64,000 nucleotides of DNA from an uncultured delta proteobacterium (GCA_963733195.1 CAVTCR010000026.1:32001-96000); one strand, 5' to 3'. Counted from the first letter of the stretch, positions 43,262 to 54,798 are shown. Program-made: numbers and translations. Notes: generated from the sequence alone by a model not told the origin.

Positions 43262-43882
43262 TTGAAAAGATTTGAGAAACATAATCGTCGGTCTGTACGA
43301 CTGTCTGGGTACGATTATAATCAGCCAGGAATGTATTTTGTCACAATCTGTACCGTGAATTGCGAGTTGTTGTTTGGGGAGGTCGTGGGAGGGAAGATGG
43401 TAATGAGCGAGTGGGGAGGGGAGGTAAACGCATGTTGGCAAGCGATAAACGCCCATTTCCGACACGTAGAATTGGATGAATTCCAGATCATGCCGAATCA
43501 CCTACACGGGATATTAACCATTGCCCAGAGGTATGAGGAGGCTCCCTCGGTCGTAGGGGCGCAGCATGCTGCGCCCCTACAGCGAAATGTGATCTCTCCA
43601 AATGTCCATCCGGGCTCACTAGCGGCGATCGTCCGCTCCTTCAAATCCGCGGTTTCTGCACACGTCAACCTCCTACGTCAAACCCCTGGTACCCCCGTTT
43701 GGCAACGCAACTACCACGAACACGTCGTTCGCGACGAAAACGATCTTCATCGAATTCGTGAGTACATCCAAACGAATCCCTTGCGCTGGGAACTGGATCG
43801 TGAGAACCCCAAGCGGCGAGGTGAAGATGAATTCGACAAATGGTTTGAGGGAACCACACAGCAAAAGAAGAATCGTCCGTAG
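43262..43882 (+). mobile_element. REP-associated tyrosine transposase (RAYT, Y1 HUH)
   Basis: RRSVRLSGYDY...YFVTICT, IMPNHLHGI (HUH), VRSFKS, WQRNYHEHVVR, YIQTNP..W. Confidence 0.9.
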
Positions 43883-43896
43883 CGTGCGTCGTTACC

Positions 43897-45032
43897 TCAC
43901 TCCCTCATCCCTATCACGTTGAAGGTAGGTACAGGGTTACGGAACCCCTTAAGAGAAAGTTCTTCTGTGGGTTCAGCCTCTACCAATCCTCTACCGCCGT
44001 ATAAACTCGTTGACTAATGAGGATTTGTCCACCCTGAGCTTTATCACACAGGCGAGCAGCGAGATTCGTCACTGGACCTATCGCACCATAATCAATGCGG
44101 CCTTCAAATCCGATCATTCCCAGAGTGGCATACCCTTGGGCGATACCGACCCCGAAACCCAGATGATGTCCGCGTTTTCGCCACCTCTCGATTAACTCAC
44201 TCATCTGCTGCCGCATGGCAATAGCCATCTGCACAGCCTGTACGGCATGGTCTGGACAAGGGAGGGGGTCGTTGAAGAAAACCATCAAGCCATCGCCGGC
44301 AAAGCGCTCAAGTGTACCCTCGAAGCGGAAGATCTGGGTCCCCAGAGTGCTGTGATACTCTCGCAGAACTCCCATTACTTCTTCGGGCTCGGCTATTTCA
44401 GAGAACGCCGTAAACCCTCGCAGGTCGCAGAAGACGACAGTGATCTCTCGTCGGTGGCTCTCCAGGAGTTTCTCTCCTCCCGCAGAAACAACGAGTTCGG
44501 CCAGCTGCGGAGAGAAAAACCGCTTCAGCCGTCCGACGCGTTCCAGTTCAGCGAGTTGCTCTTCTACCCGTTGTTCGAGTGTCCGGTTCCAGTCTGCCAA
44601 CTGCGTCGACTGCGTTTCAAGGTGCGTGGCTTGCTCCTGGACCGTGTCGTGGAGCGCTTTGATCCGCAGCATCGACTTGACCCTGGCGACCAGGGCCGCT
44701 TGGTCTATGGGTTTCGTCAAATATTCTTCGGCGCCCGCCTCCAGACCAGCGACGACATCCTTTGAGTCCGCCTTGGCCGTGACCAGAATGATTGGCATGA
44801 AGGGGAGAGAGGCGTCTGCTTTGAGGTGGCGACAGACGTCGATCCCATCTATCTTAGGCATCATGATGTCTAGCAAGATCAAGTCTGGTTGTTGGGCTGT
44901 CGCAACTGCCAGGGCTTCCTCACCGTTAGTCGCGGTGAGGATCTCATAACCGTGGACACTCAAACGGGTCTGGAGAATATCCAGGTTCATTGGTTCATCA
45001 TCTACGATGAGAATGCGTGGTGGGGTTCTCAC
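43897..45032 (-). CDS. Response regulator-adenylate/guanylate cyclase fusion (frameshift near the 3' end)
   Basis: REC plus VVFCDLRGFT, GDGLM, VTNLAARL; LSLKGFRNPV in a shifted frame. Confidence 0.9.
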
Positions 45033-45393
45033 GGTAGATACTCGCGAACTTTGGCCAACAGCGCGCGTGGACTGAAAGGTTTTGAGACATAGGCATCACA
45101 ACCAGCCTCGAACGCTTTGACGTCGTCCCCGCTCAGCGCATACGAGGTCACAACAATGATCGGGATGTGACGGAGCGTAGGGTTGGCTTTAATTCGCCGC
45201 GTCGCTTCGTAACCATCGAGCCCAGGCAGTTGGATGTCCATGAGGATCAGGTCAGGAACGTGGGTTTCGGCTGCCGCCACGCCGGCTTCTCCTGTCACTG
45301 CCTCAATGATTTCATAGCCAACACTTGTGAGCAGATCCGCACAATGCGCCGGTTATCCTCTTCGTCCTCGACAACCAAAACCCGCTTGCTCAT
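45029..45393 (-). CDS. Single-domain response regulator (DivK-like), frameshifted
   Basis: [17 protein letters not shown]...[15 protein letters not shown]...KPFSP. Confidence 0.85.
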
Positions 45394-46908
45394 GTCGCCT
45401 CCCTTTGCTGTTCGACACGAACCGGCAGCGTGAACCGGAAGGTCGAGCCGTTCCCCATGCTTGATTCCACCCAGATACGTCCGCCATGCAGCTCGATAAT
45501 TTTTTTGGCGATGCTCAGACCAAGGCCGGTGCCACCCTTTTTTCGGGTACTCGAACTGTCAGCCTGGTGGAATTCCTCGAAGACTTTCTGCTTGATCGGC
45601 TTCCGCGATCCCTGTCCCAGTGTCAGACACCGCGACCACAAATGTGCCGTTCTCTGAACTCACCTGTACGCCGACCTTGCCGACCTCAGTGAATTTGATG
45701 GCATTTCCCACAAGGTTCGTGAGCACTTGCGTGATGCGTTGCTCATCGCCTTTACCCACTGGCAAGTCAGGCTGTACGTTTACGTTCAAGACGAGCTGTT
45801 TCTCCGCTGCCAGTGGTTCCACAGCTGTGTAGACGGTCTGCACAACCCCTGGCATCGAATAATCAGCGAGAGAGAGCGTCAGCCGTCCTGCCTCAATCTT
45901 GGAGAGGTCCAGGACGGCGTTGATCAGGCCGAGGAGACGATGGCCGCTTTGTTGTATGCGCTCCATGATCTCTTTGATTTTCTCCGGTACCTCGCCATAA
46001 ATGCCGTCCATAATAAGTTCGGTATAGCCTTGGATGCCATTGAGGGGAGTGCGCAGTTCGTGGCTCATGTTAGCGAGGAATTGGGATTTGTGACGGTTCG
46101 CAGCCTCGATCTGCTGATAGAGTTGCCTCAGCTCTTCGTTCATGCGGTTCAGATTGGCCGCGAGGGTGCCGAGTTCATCCCGATTTGGCACCTCAACTCG
46201 ATGAGAGAAGTCACCCGTGGCGATCTGCCGGAGTTGCACGTCCATTTGCTTGACTGGTCCAATCAGCGACCACGAGATCGCGTAGCCGAGGATGAGAGCC
46301 AAGCCGATGCTCCCAACTGCGAATCCGATGATCACCCAACGAGCAGTGAGGTACGCAGCATGGCTGACCTCGACGCGTGCCACCATATCAGATTCGGCCT
46401 TGTTCACGAGCTCATTGGTGAGGCGCTCGAGGCGGTCTGCCAAAGGGCTTGCCTTGGCAAGTTGTAGTTCTCGACCTTCAGCGACCTTCCCGCCACGGAT
46501 CAATTCGACGACAGTGGTCACGACCTGAATGAACTGGGTATACTCTTGCTGGACCCGGTCGAACAACTCAACCTCATCCTGCTCCACGAACTGGAGCCGG
46601 TCGAGGTCATAGCCAAATTGATTGAGTTGGCGAAGCGTTGCTTCGAGCGTCCGCTCATCCGGCGCCAAAAGAGTCGAGGCAACGCTGTAGAGCTGTCCGG
46701 TGGTGTCGTGCTGGAGCTGGCGGTAAGCGGCGATCTTGCGGTGGAGTTCCACCATCTCCTCGGCGCGGCGGTTCGCTTCGCCCAGCACATGAAGGCCAAT
46801 GACTCCAACCATTATGAGCAGCACCACCATAGCCAGGAAAGCCGCCAAGAGCTTGGCGTGGACAGTGGCTGGGATGCGTGCGACCAGTCGAGGCAACCAG
46901 TCTGTCAT
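45390..46908 (-). CDS. Membrane sensor histidine kinase (4-helix sensor, HAMP, HisKA, HATPase), frameshifted near the 3' end
   Basis: Two TM helices, [37 protein letters not shown]. Confidence 0.9.
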
Positions 46909-46996
46909 CGTGGGCTTTACTTAAGAATTTCTAAATACGATCGTTCCAGATGTTCATGCTTCTACCAGTTTTTTCATCCAGTCCATTGAGTATCGC

Positions 46997-47082
46997 CGTT
47001 CACCCTTCGACAATTCAGGGCGAACGGGGTAATGGGTGCGGGAAGAAAAACCGTTCGTGCTGAGCCTGTCGAAGCACGAACA
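46997..47082. repeat. REP-like element
   Basis: ccgttcacccttcgacaattcagggcgaacgg...ccgttcgtgctgagcctgtcgaagcacgaac. Confidence 0.7.
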
Positions 47083-47104
47083 GCTAGTGGCACGATTGAA
47101 TTCG

Positions 47105-48135
47105 TCAACCCTTCTTCCTTTCTGATCTCATTGAGAAAGCGCCAGTCGGTACCCTCGGCGATGATCTTCTGTGGGCTGCTCTTGATCATCCCCACCTCAT
47201 GGAGGCGCAGGGCGTAGAAGCGTACGGTGTCCTCAGGGTCGTACTCCCGCCACTTGCCATAGGGGATCTCCTTCAGCGTCTGGAGGGCGTGGTCGTAGCT
47301 TGTCGTGAAGCCCTTGTCCACAAGAAGCCGGGCGGCCCGTTCTGGTTCCAGCGCACAGATTCGGTTCGCTTTCAGAATGGCGCGCAGCGCCCGCTTGGTG
47401 GCCACCGGATGCTTCCGGACGAAGTCTCGATTCCCGACCACCATGCAGCAGAAGTACTGGGACCAGGGCCGGTCCTGCGTGGCGTTGACCACCACGTGCA
47501 CGTGATCCATCTGCTTCGCCCGGAGTTCCTGCGGTTCCGGTGGGAAGCCCAGAAAGGCATCGATCTTCCTGTCGGCGAGGAGCTGCATCGCCTCAGCCGA
47601 GGGGTATGTCGACCCAGTGGATGTCCCTGCGGGGGTCCAGGCCCACATACGCCGCAATGCTGGCGAGGAAGACGTGCTGGGGGGACCCCAGCTCGAGCAC
47701 GGCGACGGTCTTCCCCTTCAAGTCGTGGATCGCGCGGACTCGCTCGGTCCCGAACAGCTCGAAGCAGCCGACGTGGCCCCCCGCCAGGATAACGATCTGG
47801 GTCCCCCGCATCCACCCGGATGATGACCGGCGCGGCGAATTGCATGCTGATGTTAGCCTCGCCAGAGGCCAGGGCCGACTCGACCCCTGACGGTTTCCCC
47901 TTTCTTGACGTATTGCACCTCGGTGAACCCCTCGCTCCGCAACAACTCTTCGGCCACATACTGCGGCGCTTCGCAGATGCCGCGTGGGTATCTGGACCAA
48001 CCTGAGCGTCGTCGTCTCCGGAGGCGGCTCCGCGGCGAGCGGCTCGGGTTTCAGGCCAAGAAGTCCCGCGGTTCCCGCCAGGGTCATCCCCAGGAACTCT
48101 CGCCGGCTCCAGCCTTCAGCTTGTCGCTTGTTCAT
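47105..48135 (-). CDS. SsuA/THI5-like ABC substrate-binding protein, Tat signal (frameshifted)
   Basis: SRREFL, AEPPPETTTLRL, GHVGCFELF, DLKGKTVAV, DRPWSQYFCC, HPVATKRALRAILK. Confidence 0.82.
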
Positions 48136-48143
48136 GGGACACC

Positions 48144-48644
48144 TCAATCCGGCCAGAATTCACTGTCCATCACCTGCTCTACGGTAAATGGACAATGAAT
48201 TGGGAAGATCTCTCCACTCAGTCCGGTCTCGTCAATCGCATCGGCCCGAGCGGCTACGTATTCATCCTCAAGCATTTGGGGGATATATCCCGTCAAGCTC
48301 GGACTATCGCGCAGGAGTTTTTGGATCTCGATTCGTCCGTTACGAATAGACTGCCGCCAGGAAGCTCCGCGTTTCTCTGACTGAGAGCGCCATTTGAGCA
48401 GATGCAGTGTAACGTTCCGAAGGTGGCTCTCTAATGCCCGACGCTCACGTTTCCCCATGTCCTCTAGCTCCTCCGCGAGATGCGCAATATCAACCTCTGC
48501 AAAACGTCGCTGCCGCAGCAGCGCGGCGGTCATCATCGTCCAGGCGTAGAAATCCTCGTCATACAAGCATAACTCGGAGTGACGTGTGGTAGCGGCTGTA
48601 CTCATGAGAAGATGTCTCCCCTCTGATGTTTCTTGCTGCTTCAC
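48144..48644 (-). CDS. DUF29 family protein
   Basis: LYDEDFYAW...LAEELEDMGKRE...LHLLKW...SW...SPSL...ETGL..FP..CPF. Confidence 0.88.
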   Translation of the reverse strand: MKQQETSEGRHLLMSTAATTRHSELCLYDEDFYAWTMMTAALLRQRRFAEVDIAHLAEELEDMGKRERRALESHLRNVTLHLLKWRSQSEKRGASWRQSIRNGRIEIQKLLRDSPSLTGYIPQMLEDEYVAARADAIDETGLSGEIFPIHCPFTVEQVMDSEFWPD

Positions 48645-48709
48645 TGTACGCTTTTTCTTCTTTTCCGACTATTCCTCGAGCGTGCATCGTGCGAGCATGA
48701 TGCTCACGC

Positions 48710-49730
48710 TTATCCCTTCAACTCTTTCTTAATCTCATTGAGAAAGCGCCAGTCAGTGCCCTCAGTAATGATCTTCTGCGGGCTGCTCTTGATCATCCCA
48801 GCTCTCATGCAGGCGTAGGGCATAGAAGCGCACCGTATCTTCGGGGTTGTACTCTCGCCACTTGCCGTAAGGGATTTCTTTGAGCGCCTGGAGGAGGATG
48901 CTCGTAGTTGTCTGTGTAGCCCTTGCCTATGAGAAGCCGGGCAGCCTGCTCCGGCTCGCGGCCGCAAGATCCGCCCCCTTCAGAATCGCCCGCACTGCCC
49001 GCTTGGTGGCCACCGGATGCTTGCGCACGAACTCCCGGTTCCCGGCTACTATGCAGCAGAAATACTGCGACCAGGGTCGGTCGAGCGTGCCGTTGACCAT
49101 CACGTGCCCGATATGCTTCGTCCGCAGTTCCTGTAGTTCTGGCGGAACGCCCATGAAGGCGTCGATCTTCCCCTCGGCGAGGAGCTGCATCGCCTCAGTT
49201 GGGGAATGCGTCACCCAGTTGATATCCTTCTGGGGGTCCAGGCCCACGTAAGCCGCCATGCTGGCGATGAAGGTGATAGGGCCACTTCGCAGCTCGGGCA
49301 CGGCAACAGTCTTCCCTTTCAGGTCGCGGACCGCGCGGACCTGATCGGTCCCGAACAGCTCAAAGCAACCGATGTGGCCCCCCGCTAAGATAACGATCGG
49401 GTCCCCCGCGTCTAGCCGAATGACGGCATCCGGTACGAAGCACATGTTAATGTTAGTCTCGCCAGAGGCCAGAGCTACCTCAAACTCGCGGGCGCCTTCT
49501 TTCTTGGCGTATTGCACCTCGGTAAAGCCCTCGTCCCGCAGGAGTTGTTCGGCCACGTACTGGGGGCCTGACAGAGGTCGCCGGGGTCGTGCCAACCTGA
49601 GCGTCGTTGTCTCCGGCGGCGGCTCCGCGGCGAGCGGCTCAGGTTTCAGCCAAGAAGTCCTGCGGTCCCGGCAAGGGCCAAACCCCCAGGAACTCCGCCG
49701 GCTTAAGCCTTGAGGGTGTCGCTGATTCAC
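48710..49730 (-). CDS. Second SsuA/THI5-like substrate-binding protein paralog (frameshifted)
   Basis: Same motifs as 47105-48135; ends GTDWRFLNEIKKELKG*. Confidence 0.82.
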
Positions 49731-49907
49731 AGGGGGCTCCTTTTCCTTTCTGTCTGTCCTGCCATATGTTTCCCCAGTTTATTGATTCCTCTTCTGATGT
49801 CATTCAGTGTGAGGAATTATCCTGCCAAGGAGCAAAGTCTGTCAATAACAAAGAGGGTTTCTTTGATGGCCAAGCTCCTTACTAAATATCCCTGGCTGCT
49901 TCGTGTT

Positions 49908-51017
49908 CTAGCGCCAGAGTGACTTCTGTACGTACCGCCGCATCTGTTTCTCGGTCACGATGGTGCTGCAAAGCGTCTCTTGCTGATGTTCTGCGAACTG
50001 TCCCAACGCCCACGCAGCGTGACTGCGGACTAACGGTTCTGGGTCGTGCAACGCGGTCTGCAAAGAAGGGATCGCTTCGGGATTCCCACTATTGCCAAGC
50101 GCGATCGCGACGTTGCGCAACAAACCACGACGTTTTGTTCGGCGAATAGCACTACGACCAAAGCGAGTACGAAATCCGGCTTCGTCAAGCGCTATCAAGT
50201 TCTGTGAGTGAAGGAAATAGTTCCTCAACGAGTTCTTCTCGTGGCTGGGAAAACTTTTCGTTCCACGGACATACTTCTTGGCACACGTCACAGCCAAAGA
50301 TCCAGTTGCCCATTTTCGGGCGTAATTCGTGCGGTATTGCTCCTCGATGTTCAATCGTGAGATAGGAGATGCAGAATGGGGCTTTGAGGATATAGCCTTC
50401 TCGAATGCCCCAGTCGGACAATCTGTGAGACAACGTGTACATTTGCCACAATGCGCCTGCGGGATGCCTTCTCCTTCAAGTTCAAGACTCACAAGGATTT
50501 CTGCGAGAAAGAACCAAGAGCCGACTCCTTTACGCAGTAACATGGTGTTCTTGCCAAACCAGCCAAGTCCGCTGCGATACGCCCATTCGCGCTCGAATAA
50601 CGGACCGGTATCGACATACGGTCGTGCCCAGAGACCAGGGACTGTTTCGTGGAGACATGTCACAAGTGTGTTCAGCTTGGCCTGAATAGTTTCGTGATAG
50701 TCGACTCCCGCGGCATAGGCGGCAATCCTCCCGCGTAACTCAGATCGCCAGTCAATCTCTGGTACACGAGGTGGGGAATACGGATAGCCTAGGCAAATGA
50801 CGCTTTTGGCTTGGGGAAAAGGGAGGGCTGGATCAATGCGACGTTGTGGATCGCGGGCAAGATACGTCATTTCTCCTGCATGTCCCTGTGCTAGCCAATT
50901 AGTGAAAAATTGTTCGCGGGGAAGGGGAGAGAGCCGCACAAACCCACACAATGTAAAGCCTAACGCTGCGGCCTGGCTCTGAATCTGCTTTTCCAGCGAC
51001 ACAGTTTTGTGTAGCAT
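49908..51017 (-). CDS. queG: Epoxyqueuosine reductase (frameshifted)
   Basis: [63 protein letters not shown]. Confidence 0.9.
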   Translation of the reverse strand: MLHKTVSLEKQIQSQAAALGFTLCGFVRLSPLPREQFFTNWLAQGHAGEMTYLARDPQRRIDPALPFPQAKSVICLGYPYSPPRVPEIDWRSELRGRIAAYAAGVDYHETIQAKLNTLVTCLHETVPGLWARPYVDTGPLFEREWAYRSGLGWFGKNTMLLRKGVGSWFFLAEILVSLELEGEGIPQAHCGKCTRCLTDCPTGAFEKAISSKPHSASPISRLNIEEQYRTNYARKWATGSLAVTCAKKYVRGTKSFPSHEKNSLRNYFLHSQNLIALDEAGFRTRFGRSAIRRTKRRGLLRNVAIALGNSGNPEAIPSLQTALHDPEPLVRSHAAWALGQFAEHQQETLCSTIVTEKQMRRYVQKSLWR

Positions 51018-51104
51018 GGAAGACTAGGGTGGAAAAAGGGATTGACTCCCTGAGAGCAAAACCTTATCTCTAAAGACAGTCCGATTGTTCGTGAGGAGGA
51101 CAGA

Positions 51105-51500
51105 ATGTCGCACGAAGCGCACGAAATGCACGAAGAAGAACTGCAAATCAAAGCCCCTGAGGGGGTTCCACTACTTTTGACCGATGAGGCCGTAGAAAAA
51201 GTGAAAGAAGTCATGAACAGAGAAGGACTGAAGGACGGCGGGCTGCGCGTCTCCATCGTCGGCGGTGGTTGCTCTGGATTTCAGTACAATCTCGGCCTTG
51301 ATGACAGCCCGCGGGAAGATGACATGATCATTGAACAGGGTGGAGTCAGGCTGTTCGTTGATCCGATTAGCCAACAGTATGTGTATGGCACGACCATCGA
51401 TTATGTGAACGGCTTACATGGCGCTGGGTTCAAATTCGTTAATCCCAATGCCGCTCGCACCTGTGGCTGTGGGTCGTCGTTCTCGACCGAAGGGGAATAA
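51105..51500 (+). CDS. erpA: Fe-S cluster carrier protein (IscA/ErpA/HesB)
   Basis: GGGCSGFQY and NPNA..TCGCGSSF. Confidence 0.88.
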   Translation: MSHEAHEMHEEELQIKAPEGVPLLLTDEAVEKVKEVMNREGLKDGGLRVSIVGGGCSGFQYNLGLDDSPREDDMIIEQGGVRLFVDPISQQYVYGTTIDYVNGLHGAGFKFVNPNAARTCGCGSSFSTEGE

Positions 51501-51540
51501 CCTTTACCCTAGGAGCACATCTGCGACCTTAACGTACCAT

Positions 51541-51616
51541 GTCATTGCGAGCGAAGCGAAGCAATCTCATTTCCAAGACAGAGATTGCTTCGTCGCCTAC
51601 AGCTCCTCGCAATGAC
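51541..51616. repeat. REP-like palindrome
   Basis: gtcattgcgagcgaagcgaagcaatctc...gagattgcttcgtcg...ctcgcaatgac. Confidence 0.85.
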
Positions 51617-51728
51617 ACTTCCTTCTCAGTTTGCGAACGCGACCTAATCCTTTTTCTCTTTGAGAGAAAGTTCGATTGAAGAGCAGGGAATCTGGGCATG
51701 GATAATCTCCATGCCTTTTTGTTTGTTT

Positions 51729-52379
51729 ATGTCTCGTTTTATCCACCTGATCTTTGATCTTGATGGGACATTGGTCGATACCAAGGCCGATCTGGCTGCG
51801 GCAACAAATTACATGCTGCAAGCGCTCGATTTACCGGCACTGACCGTGTCGCAGGTCGAGCATTACATTGGTGATGGCGCTCGAGTGCTAGTTGAGCGTG
51901 CGCTCGGACCGAACCACAGCTTCCTTGTTGATCAAGGTCTTGCCATCTTTCTAGAGTATTACTCCGAGCATTTACTTGCCCACACGCGACCCTATGAAGG
52001 TATCGAAATTCTTCTCGAAGACGCACAAGCACATGGCAGGGTACTCTCGATACTGACGAACAAACCCGAAGCACCAAGCCGTGCGATCCTCTCAGGCTTA
52101 GGAATCGCGAAGTATTTTATGGCGGTTATTGGTGGTGACACACTTCGAGTGAGGAAACCAGACCCACAAGGCATTATTTATTTGCAGCAGTTGACGGGAA
52201 TTCCACTTGAGCAAACCCTGCTTATTGGTGATTCACGGATTGATGTGGAAACCGGCAGAGCCGCAGGGATCGCAACGTGTGGGGTCACATGGGGATTTGG
52301 TGCGGAGGGCTTGGTGACGACTCCGCCTGAATTCGTTGCCTCCTCGGCAAAGGAATTGCGGCAGGTAATCTTCGGATAG
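51729..52379 (+). CDS. gph: HAD hydrolase, phosphoglycolate phosphatase-like
   Basis: FDLDGTLVDT, LTNKP, KPDP, IGDS..D. Confidence 0.82.
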   Translation: MSRFIHLIFDLDGTLVDTKADLAAATNYMLQALDLPALTVSQVEHYIGDGARVLVERALGPNHSFLVDQGLAIFLEYYSEHLLAHTRPYEGIEILLEDAQAHGRVLSILTNKPEAPSRAILSGLGIAKYFMAVIGGDTLRVRKPDPQGIIYLQQLTGIPLEQTLLIGDSRIDVETGRAAGIATCGVTWGFGAEGLVTTPPEFVASSAKELRQVIFG

Positions 52380-52380
52380 G

Positions 52381-52495
52381 AAAATCAAAAAGCAAAAGGC
52401 AAAGATCAAAAAGCAAAAATAAAGAATAGAACCGTCTTACTTTTCTGTCGTTTTCGTTGTTCTTATTCTTAATTCTTCATTTTTCATTCTTCATT
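52381..52495. repeat. Heptamer repeat arrays between convergent genes
   Basis: caaaaag/caaaagg/caaagat/caaaaag then tattctt/aattctt/cattttt/cattctt. Confidence 0.6.
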
Positions 52496-52499
52496 GCCG

Positions 52500-53372
52500 C
52501 TAATCGCGGCGCAGCCACTCCGCCATCCTTACTGCTTCGACGGTTTCCTTCACATCGTGTGCTCTGATGATATGCGCACCGTTGTAGACGGCGATGGCTG
52601 CGCAGGACAAAGATCCGACAAGACGATCCGCAGGGTTCGGTTGATTGAGAATCTTGCCAATAAACGACTTGCGCGAGACGCCGACGAGTAACGGGAATCC
52701 TAACTCTCGTAAGTCAGCAAGGTCGCGAAGCACGACTCGATCCCATTCGTGCCATGGGATGTCTGGCTGACGAAAGAAGCCAACGCCTGGGTCGAGTACG
52801 ATGTGGTCACGGATAATGTTCGCCCGTGCCGCAATCTGGAGACTGTCTTCTAACGCAGTACGAACGCGGTGCATTGGGGTGCCTTGCTGCGGCGTGGTTT
52901 CGCTTGCCATGAGGACAACTCCAGCATTGGCCGTGGCAACGACTTCAGCCATCTGTGGGTCGAACTTCAATCCTCCAACATCGTTGATGATCGTGGCTCC
53001 GGCAGCGAGTGCCGCACGAGCAGGAACGGCACGTTTGGTGTCGGCTGAAATAGGAATCGAGACGTGGGAGGCGATTGCACTTATCGCGCGTGTCAATCGC
53101 TCACTTTCTTCTTCTGCAGAAATTGCAGTTTTTAGGTAGGGAGCGGTGGACATCGCCCCAACGTCAATGATATTTGCTCCTGCATTGACCATGGCCTGCG
53201 CAATGTCGGTGAGGCGCTCGAGTTGGGTCTGTACAGAGCCCTGGTAGAATGACTCCGGACTGACGTTTAGTACGGCCATGACCCGGACTGGAACTCCATC
53301 ACCGATTTCGAGCCCAGCGAGTTGTGACTGCTGTAATGGGGAAACGCTACGCATGCTGATGCAGTGTGGCAA
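52500..53372 (-). CDS. folP: Dihydropteroate synthase
   Basis: LNVSPESF, ISADT, IINDV, VLDPGVGF, GVSRKSFIG, IIRAHDV. Confidence 0.88.
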   Translation of the reverse strand: MPHCISMRSVSPLQQSQLAGLEIGDGVPVRVMAVLNVSPESFYQGSVQTQLERLTDIAQAMVNAGANIIDVGAMSTAPYLKTAISAEEESERLTRAISAIASHVSIPISADTKRAVPARAALAAGATIINDVGGLKFDPQMAEVVATANAGVVLMASETTPQQGTPMHRVRTALEDSLQIAARANIIRDHIVLDPGVGFFRQPDIPWHEWDRVVLRDLADLRELGFPLLVGVSRKSFIGKILNQPNPADRLVGSLSCAAIAVYNGAHIIRAHDVKETVEAVRMAEWLRRD

Positions 53373-53477
53373 ATTTTTCTATACGAGGGAATGAGGAGTC
53401 TTGCAGGGTGCTTTTTTGCGTTGCGAGTCTGTAGCTTTTCTTCTACACTGCCAGAGCCATAACAGAGGAGAAAATTC

Positions 53478-54098
53478 ATGATTAAGCTCTATGACTTTCC
53501 ACAGAGCCCATATTGTCAGAAAGTTCGTCTCGTTCTTACGGAAAAAGATCTTTCCTACGACAAGGTTTTTGTCGACTTATTCAAGAACGAGCAAAAGAGT
53601 GCCGAGTTTTTACGCTTAAACCCGTATGGTAAAGTGCCAGTGCTAGTAGATGAGGATGAGATCGTCTACGACTCGACGATGATTAATGAGTATCTTGAAG
53701 ATGAGTACCCGCATCCGCCGTTGATGCCCGAACAGTCCGGTGCGAAAGCGCGAGTCCGGATGTTGGAAGATTTTGCTGATAACTCGTTTACCGCGCAGGG
53801 CGGGTTCTTAGCTGCCGAGTTACGGAAACCTGCGGAACAAATTGACCAAGATCGTGTGCAGCGTTATCGGGCTGATCTGGTCCGGGTGTTGGAATTTCTC
53901 GAACGACATCTTGAGGGCAAAGAGTACATGAGCGGGGTGTTCTCTGTTGCAGACTTGGCGTTCGTACCACGGTTGTTACAGATTCCCAAGCTAGGAGTTG
54001 AGATTCCAGCACGTTTAATTAACGTGCTGGCCTGGAGTGAGCGCATCAAACGCCGCCCGTCAGTCAAACATCTGCAGCAAGAACTCGGATTAGTGTGA
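53478..54098 (+). CDS. Glutathione S-transferase family protein
   Basis: SPYCQKVR, LNPYGKVPVL, DS..INEYL, FSVADL. Confidence 0.9.
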   Translation: MIKLYDFPQSPYCQKVRLVLTEKDLSYDKVFVDLFKNEQKSAEFLRLNPYGKVPVLVDEDEIVYDSTMINEYLEDEYPHPPLMPEQSGAKARVRMLEDFADNSFTAQGGFLAAELRKPAEQIDQDRVQRYRADLVRVLEFLERHLEGKEYMSGVFSVADLAFVPRLLQIPKLGVEIPARLINVLAWSERIKRRPSVKHLQQELGLV

Positions 54099-54141
54099 CA
54101 CGACAGGTCCGGTTGTTGTCCGAGGAGAAAGAGAGGGGCAT

Positions 54142-54792
54142 ATGGTAGACCTGCCGTCGATTATTCCTATTTTCCCGCTCCCGAACGTAATCCTGTTTCC
54201 GCAAGTGATGTTGCCGCTGCATATCTTTGAGCCACGCTACCGCCGCATGGTGCGCGACGCGGAGACGCAAAGTCCGCCATTAATCGGCATGACACTCCTG
54301 CGCGGCAATTGGCAGGAGCAATACGAAGGAACGCCTGACATTTTCCCGATCGGTTGTGTCGGGGAAATGGTCCGCGTCAATCCGTTGCCTGATGGACGTT
54401 TTAATATCCTGCTGCAAGGGGTGCGCGAGTTTCAAGTTCTCGAAGAATCTGTCACTAAGAGTTATCGTGAAGCGAAAGTCGAATGGCGTTCATCTATGCG
54501 GGCATCGCTCGCGGACGGAGACCGTTCGCAGTTGCGTCGGCTTCTTGAACGCTACTTGCGGAATAATGAGAAAGTGCAGCAGTTTCTCACCGACCAGTCG
54601 ATTGAAGACGAATTTCTGGTGAACTTTTTCGCGTTCCACTTGGACTTTATGCCGATCGAAAAGCAGGGCTTGCTAGAAGCTGCGACGTTACCAGAACGGG
54701 CCGAACGCCTGTGCGATATGCTTGATTTTAAGCTCAGTGAGACACAGTGGACTGACGGGGCAAGTGGTTCAGGGAAAACGCGATTACACTAA
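54142..54792 (+). CDS. LON peptidase substrate-binding domain protein
   Basis: PIFPL..VILFP...LPLHIFEPRYR.MV, DGRFNI..G. Confidence 0.87.
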   Translation: MVDLPSIIPIFPLPNVILFPQVMLPLHIFEPRYRRMVRDAETQSPPLIGMTLLRGNWQEQYEGTPDIFPIGCVGEMVRVNPLPDGRFNILLQGVREFQVLEESVTKSYREAKVEWRSSMRASLADGDRSQLRRLLERYLRNNEKVQQFLTDQSIEDEFLVNFFAFHLDFMPIEKQGLLEAATLPERAERLCDMLDFKLSETQWTDGASGSGKTRLH

Positions 54793-54798
54793 ACTGCC

